Source: an uncultured Actinomycetes bacterium | GTDB taxonomy: Bacteria > Actinomycetota > Acidimicrobiia > Spongiisociales > DATADW01 | DNA length: 64,000 bases | Assembly: GCA_963824995.1 (NCBI GenBank) | Contig: CAWGRK010000003.1 | Coordinates: 1-64,000 of the forward strand | Direction: 5' to 3' | Shown here: positions 1 through 12,500 of the stretch, piece after piece | Layout of the letters: each line of letters begins with the position of its first letter | How positions within the stretch are numbered: the stretch's first letter is position 1 | The notes under the pieces: generated by a model | Told to the model about the DNA's origin: nothing | The model's database searches: none | What the model saw: the letters and a program-made list of their open reading frames with translations, nothing else | Translations under genes and position numbers: made by a program

Positions 1-617
1 CTGTAGCCGGGGGCACGCAGGATGTCATTGACCAGCGCCGAGATGAGGAATGCGGCGATCGAGTTGAGCATGATCGTCGTGACCACCTCATGGGCCCCGG
101 TGAATGCCTTGAGGAAGCCGGGGATGAACCCGTAGAAGGCGCCCGCCAGACACCCGGCGATGACCGCCACAGGGCAGGCAACCCAGGGGGACGCATCGGC
201 CAGAGCGGCGCCGACCACTGCCGCGGTGAAACCGCCGATCAGCACCTGACCAGTGCCGCCGATATTGAAGAGGCCCGCTTTGAACCCCACGCCGACCGCA
301 AGCCCCGTGAGAATCAACGGAGCAGTGGCGACCAGCGTGTTCGTGATCTCGGTCGGCCCTCCGAAAGCGCCCTGAAGTAGGGCCCCATACGCGGTGAGCG
401 GCAAGGTCCAGTCGATCGTGCCCTCGACGGCAGGGCTGGACACGAGGATGAGCACCGACCCGGCGAGAAGGCCAAGGACGATCGATGCGACCGGGATCGC
501 CACAACCGCGACCAACCGCCGCCAGCGGCCCTGTGGCAACGGCTCTGGCACCGCCGCATGCGGTGCCGGTCCCCGTTCGCCGAGGTCGTCTTCGAGGCTT
601 GAGGGAGGCTCGGTCAC
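1..617 (-). CDS. ABC transporter permease (nucleoside/BMP-type), runs off the window edge
   Basis: GTG at 617 overlaps the ATPase stop (GTGA); hydrophobic translation with GLAVGVGFKAGLFNIG and GAHEVVTTIMLNSIA motifs; lies downstream of BMP and ATPase genes. Confidence 0.85.
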   Translation of the reverse strand, partial: MTEPPSSLEDDLGERGPAPHAAVPEPLPQGRWRRLVAVVAIPVASIVLGLLAGSVLILVSSPAVEGTIDWTLPLTAYGALLQGAFGGPTEITNTLVATAPLILTGLAVGVGFKAGLFNIGGTGQVLIGGFTAAVVGAALADASPWVACPVAVIAGCLAGAFYGFIPGFLKAFTGAHEVVTTIMLNSIAAFLISALVNDILRAPGY

Positions 618-2175
618 AAGGCTTGCTCGGTCGCGGTAGACGTGTCGCCCTTGCCCCCGGTCGCCATGAGCAGACCGATGTCCTCGCGGTTGGCGGTGGG
701 ACCGTCCACCAGTGCGACCACTTCTCCTCGGTACATCACCGCGATCCGGTCGGAGAGCTCGAGGACCTCGTCGAGCTCGGCTGAGACGAGCAGGATTCCG
801 ATCCCCCGGTCGCGCATCTCGATCGACCTGACGGTGGATGAACTCGATGCTCCCGACGTCGAGCCCCCGGGTTGGCTGATCGAGCACCAAGACCTTGAGG
901 TCTTGACCGAACTCCCTGGCGACCACGGCCTTCTGCTGGTTGCCGCCGGACAAGTTGCCGCAGGGCACGTCGGCCGACGGGGTGCGGATGTCGTAATCGT
1001 CTATCGCCTGCCGCGCCCAGCGACTGATCTCGTCGCTATTCACCATCATCCCTCGGGAGAATGGCTTTCGGTGATAGGTCGTGAGGACCAGATTGTCCTC
1101 GACCGGGAAACTGAGGACCAGACCGAAGCGGTGCCGGTCTCCGGGGACGAATCCGACCCCAGCCTCGCGCATCTCCCGAACGCTGGCGTGGGTGACGTCC
1201 TCGCCGTTGAGGATCACTGTTCCAGCCAGCGGTTTGCGCAGCCCGGTGATCGCCTCGACCAGCTCGTCCTGTCCGTTGCCGGCCACGCCGGCGATCCCCA
1301 GAATCTCACCGGCGCGCAGGTCGAAGTCCACGCCACGGACGACTTCGTGGTGGCGGTCGTCGCGAACCCTGAGACCCTGCACGATCAACACGGCATCGCC
1401 AGGGCTGTGACGCACCGCGGTCCACGGTGAGTTGAACTTCACGACCCACCATCAACTCGGCGAGATCGTCCTCGTCGGTCTCTTCAGGCAGGCGCGATCC
1501 CACCACTTTGCCCCGGCGGATGACGGTGATCCTGTCGGCGATCTCCAGAACCTCGTAAAGCTTGTGGCTGATGAAGATGACGCTGTGACCTTCGTCGGCC
1601 AACCGGCGGAGCACGGCGAAGATCTCCGTGGTCTCCTGGGGGGTGAGGACCGCGGTCGGCTCGTCGAGCACCAGTATCCGAGCCTCTCGGTACAGCGCCT
1701 TGAGGATCTCTACCCGCTGCTGCCACCCCACGGAGAGTGTCTCCACCTTCGCTTCGGGGTCGATTTCGAACCCAAAGCGCTGACCCAGTTCGACGATCCT
1801 CTTGTGCGCCTCGCGCCGATCCAAGAAGATCGGGTTGGCCATTGTCTCGTCGCCGAGGACGATGTTGTCAGCCACGGTGAGCACCGGAACCAGCATGAAA
1901 TGCTGATGGACCATGCTTATCCCACGGGCTATGGCATCAGCCGGCGATGAGATGGTTATCGGCTCGCCATCGAGAAGGATCTCACCATCGTCGGGCGAAG
2001 CCAGCCCGTAGAGGATGTTCATGAGCGTCGACTTGCCCGCACCGTTCTCGCCGAGCAGAGCATGGATCTCGCCGGGATGAACCTCTAGGTCGATCCCGTC
2101 ATTGGCAACCACCCCGGGATAACGCTTGGTGATGCCCCGCATCTCCAGGGCGGGAGCAATGACCTCGTCGCTCAT
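614..2175 (-). CDS. ABC transporter ATP-binding protein (tandem ATPase, sugar/nucleoside type), frameshifted
   Basis: ORF 1306-2175 has GENGAGKST and LDEPT; LSGGNQQK and QPTRGLDV lie in another frame; C-terminus in ORF 614-817 (LLVSAELDEV). Confidence 0.9.
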
Positions 2176-2259
2176 CCCCTGCCTTGTCTCCTCGTCAGGC
2201 GCGCCCGGAACGGTTGCATCCCCCCGGAGCGGGGCGGAGACTAACGGCTCGTCAACGGC

Positions 2260-2289
2260 GGAGGCGGCCGGTCTCGGCCGGCCGCCTCC
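2260..2289. other. GC-rich stem-loop between the substrate-binding and ATPase genes (likely mRNA stabiliser or attenuator)
   Basis: ggaggcggccggt-ctcg-gccggccgcctcc inverted repeat. Confidence 0.55.
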
Positions 2290-2313
2290 ATTTGCATCGG
2301 TTTCCGAATCAGA

Positions 2314-3564
2314 TCACGGACAGTCCGGTGTGGCTGCCGCAGGGCCGGGTGCGTTACAGGGAACGATCGACTCGTCGATCATTCCAGCCATTGCGTCATC
2401 GATGGCCGTCTGTATCTCGGGCGTGATCAGCGATCCCTCGAAGTCGTAGAAGGGGGCGAGACCCACGCCCGGGGGATCGGAGGTGAGCGAGTTGACGATG
2501 TTCCCCCCCTCGGCGGAGCCGTCGGCCACCCGGAGGATGGCAGCCGTCACCGATTCCTCCAGGGCTTTGGTGGCGCTGGTCACGATGCACCCCGCCAGGT
2601 CGGGCAACGTCTGCGTCTGGTCGACATCTACCCCTATCCCGTAGATCTCGGCGTCACACGCTGCCTGAAGGGCACCCTCGCCCGTCAGGCCAGCGATCTG
2701 GAATATGACGTCAGAGCCTTGGGTTATCTGCTGCTCGGCAATCGACCGACCGGTTGCCGGATCGTTGAAGCCGACGGCCGGATCGGGACTGGTCTCCTGA
2801 TAGAGGACGGTGGCGTTGGGAGTGACCGACTTGACCCCGGACTCATAGCCACGGGCGTACCTGACCACAGCCGGGACATTGGTCCCACCTATGGCGCTAA
2901 CCGTGTTGTTCTCGGTGATGCTCCCCGCCACGATCCCGGCGAGGTATCCCGCCTGGTCCTCGGCATAGACGAGACCCTGATAGTTGGGCAGCAGTACTGC
3001 CGGGTCGCCCTCACAGGCGAAGTTCGGGTCGGCTTCAGCCCCCTGAGTGATGCAGATGCCCTGATCGACACCGATGAAGCTCACGTCCGGGTTGGCCAGT
3101 GCGGCCGCGGTGGTATCGGTGCCGATGAGGAACCCAACCGTGACGATCACATCGAAGTCCTGGTCGATGAACGTCTGGATGTTCTGGCTGTAATCCGAGA
3201 TCTCCTCGGTGACGATGACGTCGTGCTCACCGCCCAGCTGTTCGGCGGCGGCGATTGCACCCTCGTTGGACGACTGGTTGAAGGACTTGTCCTCCAATTG
3301 CCCGACATCGGTGACGACACCAACCCGGAGCGCCTCGCCTGCCACTGTGGTGTCGGCTGCAACCGTGGTGTCGGCAGCGACGGTCGTATCGGCCGCGATT
3401 GTGGTGTCGGCACCTACGGTGGTGTCGGCGGCCAACGTGGTGTCGGCGCCCGCTGCGGTGGTGTCAGCTGGCGCTCCCGTCGTGTCTGCAGTTCCCCCGC
3501 TACATGCGGCCACGAACAGCGCGAGCACCGCGGCAATCGCCGCAATCTTGCTCGTGTTCTTCAC
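2314..3564 (-). CDS. BMP family ABC transporter substrate-binding lipoprotein with ADTT-repeat linker
   Basis: Lipobox FVAAC; DKSFNQ, IGVDQ and IGVDVDQ BMP motifs; about 7 ADTTxA repeats after the Cys. Confidence 0.92.
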   Translation of the reverse strand: MKNTSKIAAIAAVLALFVAACSGGTADTTGAPADTTAAGADTTLAADTTVGADTTIAADTTVAADTTVAADTTVAGEALRVGVVTDVGQLEDKSFNQSSNEGAIAAAEQLGGEHDVIVTEEISDYSQNIQTFIDQDFDVIVTVGFLIGTDTTAAALANPDVSFIGVDQGICITQGAEADPNFACEGDPAVLLPNYQGLVYAEDQAGYLAGIVAGSITENNTVSAIGGTNVPAVVRYARGYESGVKSVTPNATVLYQETSPDPAVGFNDPATGRSIAEQQITQGSDVIFQIAGLTGEGALQAACDAEIYGIGVDVDQTQTLPDLAGCIVTSATKALEESVTAAILRVADGSAEGGNIVNSLTSDPPGVGLAPFYDFEGSLITPEIQTAIDDAMAGMIDESIVPCNAPGPAAATPDCP

Positions 3565-3764
3565 GAATCATCCTCCTGATGTTCAATACAGCCGACATCG
3601 CCGGCGGCGGGAGTCTACCGGTCCCTGTGGGACGACCGGCCGGGTGGCCGAGGATTTAGGAGCTGATCGGGAACGTTCATGGCGCCGGGTTCGAGCCGCT
3701 TACAGGCGGTCGAAGCGCGATACGCCGACACTCTGAAGCACTACTTCTTGAACGAGGGTCACTC

Positions 3765-3801
3765 AAACAAAAGGGAATCGGGGCCTTTCGACCCCGATTC
3801 C
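3765..3801 (-). terminator. Rho-independent terminator after the FGLLP-like gene
   Basis: Minus strand ggaatcgggg-tcgaaagg-ccccgattcc followed by cttttgttt. Confidence 0.7.
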
Positions 3802-3885
3802 GCTTCCTGCCTGCGCCCCACTCCTGACGCCTGTCTTGATATCGGTACCTGAGCAGAGCCCTACATGGGTCGGGCGACCCATTGA

Positions 3886-5722
3886 TCAGGTCAGCTCAGG
3901 CTCTTCGAGTACCGGTTGGCGCCGGTCGCGGATGCGGAACCAGCCCCAGAAGCCGACCGAGACCAGCCCGAAACCGGCGAACAACGCCGCCGCGGTGACG
4001 AACGGCACCGCCGACTCGGTCGGCCCGTAACCGGCACCGGGATGGGCGAGCAACTGGAGGAAGGCGAACACCCCAGCCCCGAACAGCAACCCCCACACCA
4101 GCTTCGACCAGCGCAACACCGCCGAGCCGGCCAGGAAGCGCATCGGCACCAGCCCGAACACCAGACCCTCCAGACCGGCGACGAAGAGGGTGGCCAAAGC
4201 GGTGTCCACCACGGTCAACCCGAACGAGGGGTCCGACCCCAGCGAGCGGCTGCAACCACGACCACCCCAGCCACGCCGCCAGCGCCACCAAAGCGGTCAC
4301 CCCAGAAGCCAGAGCAGCCTGCTTGCCCTCGTCCACCGCCGAGAGGGCACCACCGACCACCAGACCGGCCAGCACCCCGTAGAGGTAACCCGGCTCGAAC
4401 CCCACCACCCGGGACAACAGCACACAGGCCGCGGCCACCACCAGCGCCCCGGGGAGCGCCCGCACCGACAACGACACACCGCTGTCACGACGCCGGACGA
4501 ACCAGGCGGAAACCCCCAAACCGACCGCCATCACCCCGAGGAGACCGATACCCAGCCCCCAAAAGGAGCGCCCCCGTCGAGCGGTTCCACCCGAACCCGG
4601 GATCCAAGAGGCCGGCCAGCAGCGTCCCCGCCACCAACACCAACCCCAGGGTCAACCATGACCCCCGCACCCGCGAGCGCCGCTGCGGGGAACGCTCCGA
4701 ACGGCCCCCCGGCAACAGCCGGCGGAACCAACCGGTCACCTCGTCGTAGTGCTCATCGAGGGTCCGGTTGAACAACTCACCAGGGAAAGGCATCAACAAC
4801 ACCAACGCCAAGGCCAACAAAGCGTTGGTCGCCACCACGGGAATAGCCCACGAAACCCCATCGGGACCACGCAACGAAGCAGCCAAAACCGGCACCCCGG
4901 CAGGAGCGGTCGGGCCGCTGGGTGCGGTACCGCCCTCGCCGTCACCGGGATCGACTGGACCCTCGCCACCAGGAACCGCCACGGCGGCAACAGTGGTGGA
5001 GGTGGTGGAAGGGGTGGTGGTAGTCGTGACCTCGGTGGTGGACGTAGTCGTACTGGAAGTGGTCGTGCTCGAGGTTGTGGTGCTCGAGGTCGTCGTGGTT
5101 GTCGGGAGCGGAGCAGGTGCATCGAGCCGGCGTGCTACCGCCTGGACGTCAGCGAGCTGGACGTAGGCCACCCGTCGGGTCGGATCGACGTCGTCCCACC
5201 ACCAATACCCGTAGTCCACCACGGTGCCCGCCCCCGTCAGCATCGTCGCCACCGGCCCCTCGGTGGTCTCGATCATGTCCTTCACTCGGAGCGAGATGTT
5301 GTTGAACGAGGCGACCGTCCGGTCGTATCCCGGCGTGTTGCAGCTCGGCGGCTCTCCCCCCGGCTGGGTCTTGGGAGGAAGCGGGCCCGACAACTGCGCT
5401 CCGTTCCGGGTCCAGGAACAGTCGGGCGCCAGGTTCAGCGTGCAGCTGTCACCGTCGCAGGACGCCGAGAACTCATATTCGCGGCGCTTCTTACTCCCCA
5501 CCGACTCGAGCGGAGGAGCGTCGGCCTCGTAGTCGGCGACAACTTCGGCGGGGGCGTCGAACCGCTGCTCGTCTACGGCTTGGTACGCGTGAAGGTGAAC
5601 TTCCACTCGCCCTCGATGACTGCTTCAGACTTGGGTGTCGCCGGTTCCTGGGCACCCGCCATGGTGGGAACCAGGGAACCAATGAGCACACCGATCACGG
5701 CCAACAGGCGAAGCCAACGCAT
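3886..5722 (-). CDS. FGLLP-motif-like membrane protein with signal peptide, extracellular domain and Thr/Ser-rich linker; frameshifted
   Basis: Signal MRWLRLLAVIGVLIGSLVPTMAGA at 5722; PGELFNRTLDEHYDE, GFEPGYLYG and FGLVPMRFLAG motifs across ORFs 4485-5606, 3896-4534 and 3886-4218. Confidence 0.7.
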
Positions 5723-5899
5723 CCATACTCCCTAAGAACAGGCGGAACCGCGCCCCGGGCCTCTTTGCCACGAGGCGCGATACCGCCCCCTACCGCCGCA
5801 CCCCCCCGGGTGCGCCTGAAAGGACTATCGGTCCGACAGCCGGTGGCTGAATGAGTCGCTAGACCCATCCGCCTGGAGCCGATCACCATGACGAGCGGG

Positions 5900-6766
5900 T
5901 CAGTGCGCTCCGGTCAAGAAGTCGGCCAGGCTCTGGACCAGGGCTTCGGGGTTCTCCTCGGCGACGTGATGGCCCGACTCGATGGAGTGGCCACGCACGT
6001 CCGGCGCCCAACTTCGCCAGACCGTCAACGGGTCGCCATAGAGCCGTTCCAAGTCGTCATGGGACGACCACAACACCAGGGTCGGGCGATCGATGTGATG
6101 ACCGGCGTCCCGGTCGTCCCGTTCGTGGTGTTGGTCGACGCTCAAACCGGCCCGGTAGTCCTCGAGCATCGCAAGCACTGTCTCGGGACGGTTGATCGCC
6201 TCGAGGTACTCGGCGAAATTCTCCTCGCCCATCGCCTCGGGATCACCGCCGTACCAGCCAAGCGGATCCACGTTGATGGCCCGCTCCGGCCTGTCGGGCT
6301 GCGCATAGAAGAACCAGTGGAACCACCGCTCGGCGAACCGGGCGTCGCATCGGTCGAGCGCTTCGCAGATAGGGACGCCGTCGATGACGACGAGACGCTC
6401 GACCCGATCGGGGTGGTCGAGGGCAAGCCGCAAAGCGACGTAGCTCCCCCGGTCGTGACCGACGACGGAGAACCGATCGTGACCGAGTAGCCCCATCACC
6501 TCCACCAGGTCACCGGCAACAGCTCGCTTCGACTGCTGGGAATGGTCGGGAAGGGGAGAAGGAGCGCTCGACCGCCCGTATCCGCGCATGTCCGGGCAGA
6601 CGACACTGAGCCCTGCTTCTATCAGCCCGGGAGCGACACGGTGCCAGGTGGCACCGGTTCGAGGATGACCGTGGATCAGGAGGACCGAAGGACCTGAACC
6701 GCCGTATCGCACCCGGATCGTGACGTCAGCCAGTACCAGCGACTCATCGGTGAAACCGTCGAACAC
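5900..6766 (-). CDS. Alpha/beta hydrolase (haloacetate dehalogenase/epoxide hydrolase-like)
   Basis: HGHP, DMRGYG, GHDRG nucleophile elbow, SGHH. Confidence 0.9.
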   Translation of the reverse strand: MFDGFTDESLVLADVTIRVRYGGSGPSVLLIHGHPRTGATWHRVAPGLIEAGLSVVCPDMRGYGRSSAPSPLPDHSQQSKRAVAGDLVEVMGLLGHDRFSVVGHDRGSYVALRLALDHPDRVERLVVIDGVPICEALDRCDARFAERWFHWFFYAQPDRPERAINVDPLGWYGGDPEAMGEENFAEYLEAINRPETVLAMLEDYRAGLSVDQHHERDDRDAGHHIDRPTLVLWSSHDDLERLYGDPLTVWRSWAPDVRGHSIESGHHVAEENPEALVQSLADFLTGAH

Positions 6767-6778
6767 CTGGTCGGTTTG

Positions 6779-9278
<2,500 letters not shown>

Positions 9279-9319
9279 GTCTGGATCTCCTCCGATCGAG
9301 CCCCTACTGGGGTACCCCG

Positions 9320-9325
9320 AGTATA
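9320..9325 (-). promoter_or_regulatory. Putative -10 element (TATACT) for clpC
   Basis: TATACT about 40 nt upstream of the clpC start, next to a ggggtacccc palindrome. Confidence 0.4.
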
Positions 9326-9563
9326 CCGCTCGACCCTGTCTAGCTCGGGGGGCTCCCGAGCGCCTTACATGGTTATCGGCACCGAGGGCGCTGTCGGATG
9401 AAGCGATCTTGCTTCGCTCCCACCCGAATCGACCCGGGTTAGTAGATCCCGGGGTTCGCCAGCCTCACCCCGTAGACCACTCCTCGGCCCGTGATGTAGA
9501 TGGTGCGCGCCCGTCGGCGTCGCCGAAGGCAGCGTTGGGGGCCAGTCGGGCACGAGGACGTGA

Positions 9564-12500
9564 TCAAGAAGCCGGCTCTTCGGCGGGGCAGGTCTCCGGG
9601 TCGAGGTAGCGGCGGCACTCATCGGGGGTGAGCTCGCGGGTGACCCGGCTCTCAGCCAACTCGATGAGTCGTTCAGGGTCGAGATAGAACTTACGGAGCA
9701 ACGGGCCCGTCGGCGTAGAGGGCATAGCTCCCGTCGGGCGCGAGGGTCATCTGAGGCTAGCCGCCGACGGCGCTCCTGAACTCGACGATCAGCTCGTCGG
9801 TGTCGATGTCCCAGAGCCGGATCAGCGAGTCGAAACCGGCGGTGGCCAAGATGCCATCGCTGGTGATCGACGGTCGCGGGAGCGGTGCCGGTGTGCGCCA
9901 ACTGATTGAACACAAGGGCGTCGACCGCGCTGGCGCCGGCGACCACTCGGCGAGGTCGAGCACCCAGACCATGCCGTCGAGTCGTCCCACCGGCGAGGAA
10001 CCTGCCTTGAGGGTCGAAGGAAGGCCGAGACTGGGCGGTGATGCCCATGTCGCCGGCATTCAGGGTGGCGATCATCTCGCCAGTCTCCAAGTCATAGATG
10101 TGATCACTCGGCCACATCAGTCGTTCGGCTGACAGCCAGGTAGCGGCCGCCGGGAAACTCCCCTCGCCGGGTTGAACGCGCGGAGTACACCCAGCCTCGC
10201 CCAGGTCGAGCACCTCACGGCCAGACTCGACCTCGACCACCCGGCTCCTCAACTCGGCTCCGGGCGGAGGATCCTCGTTGCACACCCATGCCATTGAGCA
10301 AGACGAGCGAGCTGTCAGGACTGAACGCCTTGACGCTGGTGCACGGGGGAAGCTCGGTCACCACCTCGAGCTGCGGTGAAGCCAGATCCCGAATCGTGGC
10401 CCGTGCCGCTGCCTCGCTGCCGCGCAAGCGACCCGAGATATCGCCAGTCAGGGCTGACGACTGGACCGAGGGAAAGCTACTGGATGTCGGTGAGTGAAGC
10501 GAGGGTCTCGCCAGTGTCTATGTCGAGCAGCTCGAAGCCGTCGGGTTCACGTGTGGTCACCGCCACTTGCGACCCGTCGGGTGAGATCTCGGGAACCATT
10601 CGGAGCGCCCGGTGCGGGTTGCGAGCGCTTCCCATTCGGGCGGACCGTCGGCGCTCACGTCCCAGACCCGAGTCACCCCGTCGATGACACGTTCGCCAGC
10701 CGCTCTCCGCCGGGCAAGAAGGCGAGGTCGAAGGTCGACGACCCGCTCCCGGGGAGTTCCATCACGATATCGCCCGTCTCCGCGATCGACCAGCGTGACG
10801 ACTCCCTGGTTCCCCGAGAAGGCGAGATGCTGCCCGTCGGGGCTCCAGTCCAAGGCGGTCGTTTCGGTCAGGTAGGTCTCATCTCAACACCAGGTCGGCG
10901 GGTTTCCAGATCCCACACCTGCAGTTCGCCTGGGATTCTGGGCACCCAGAGCCAATCGCTCACCCGAAGGGTCGAGCGCCATGTCGGTCGGCTGGAAACC
11001 GAAGCCGTCAAGCGACCCGACCTCGGCGCCCATCCGCAGTCGAATAGAACCCGACCCGCTCTGCGCTCGGCTCAAGACGGCCATCGTGTCACCGTCCGGG
11101 CAGGAAGAGCGATCTCGCCGGCTCCGCCTTCCGGCTCGATGGTGAACAGCTCCCTCCCCGAGCGGACCTCCCAAGCGGTCACCCCGATGCAGTCGGTCTG
11201 GTTTGCGGCCGATTAGCTCGCCGTCTGGGCTGAAGGTCGGTACGCGTATGAAGCCGGGGGGACCCGGAATCCGGTCACCTCGGCGCCGGTCTCCGGATCG
11301 AAGACGATGACGGCGGGATGGTCCCCGGTCGGCGGCGTCGTAGCCGACCTCGTCCAATGATTCCGCGGATGGTGTCGTAGCTGAGCCGCCACCAAACTCC
11401 CGCTCGGGCTGGCGGCCATCCCGGCTGAGTCCCGGCTCCGGGTCCGGACCAGCGTCGCCAATTTCTGACCCCTGACGCGTCCCACACGACTGCATCGGGG
11501 CCGTCAGCAACCGATGTCGGTGGCGATCCACTCGCCGTTGGGACTGACCGCCAAGAGTCCGAACCCGCCCTCGAGTCGCATCTCGAGCCTGGATGTCTGA
11601 ACCGCTCGTTGCAGGGCGCCATCGCTTCGGGGAGCACCGGCTCACCGACGGACCGTGTGACTTCGGCGGCTTCGAGGCCGAGCAGGATGGCCAATTCGGG
11701 GTCCTCTTCGAGGGCGAGGATCGACTCGCCGGCCAGCTCCCGGCCGGTGGCCTCCCGCGCCTCGCGTCGGCGCGGGCCGCTTCTCCTCGGCGCGGGCCGC
11801 TTCCTGCTCGGCGCGGGCCGCTTCCTGCTCGGCGCGGGCCTGTTCTTGGGTGGCCCTGTCCGCTTCGTCGGCGGCCCGCTGCTGGTTGGTGAAGGCGACA
11901 CCGGCGGCGGCGAGGGAGACCAGGGCGGCGGCCCCGAACCCGGCGAGGATGCCCTGGCGGCGGCGGCGGCGCTTGGCTCCGTTGCTCGTCGTCGGCGATG
12001 CGGCTGGTCTCGATCAGGTCGCGCTCGTCGCCGCTGAGGGCGAGGTCGCTGGTGGCGGCGAGGGTCTCGAACTGTTCGAGACGTCCCCCGCCGAGCAGAT
12101 AGCTGGGCTCTTTGCCCGATCCTTCCCACTCGGTGGCGGCTTCGGCGAGGCGGCGGTGCAACAGCAGGTCCTCGCGTCGCTCGTCGATCCAGCCCCGCAG
12201 CCGGTCCCAGTGGGTGAGCAGCGCCTCGTGGGCCACCTCGACGGTGGGGGCGCGGGTGGTGGGATGGCGGTCGAAGGTCAACAGCCGGTGCTCGCCGTAG
12301 CGGTCCAACACCTGGTCGACGGCGGCGGTTTCGATGGGGAGACCCCGCAGCTCACGGCGGGCCACCCGGCGCCGGGTGTCCTGGGCGGTCTCGTCGACGG
12401 TGACCAACCGGAGGAACACCTGGCGGGCCGCCTCCTGCCCGGCGTGGTCGAGGCCCTGGTAGATGTCGTCGGCCCGCCGCCCCAGCGCCCCCACCACCCC

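Noticed and set aside
3565..3885. Riboswitch upstream of the BMP transporter
   Set aside because: No recognisable aptamer consensus; the hairpin fits a terminator of the upstream gene, and a TAGACT -10-like hexamer lies downstream of it.
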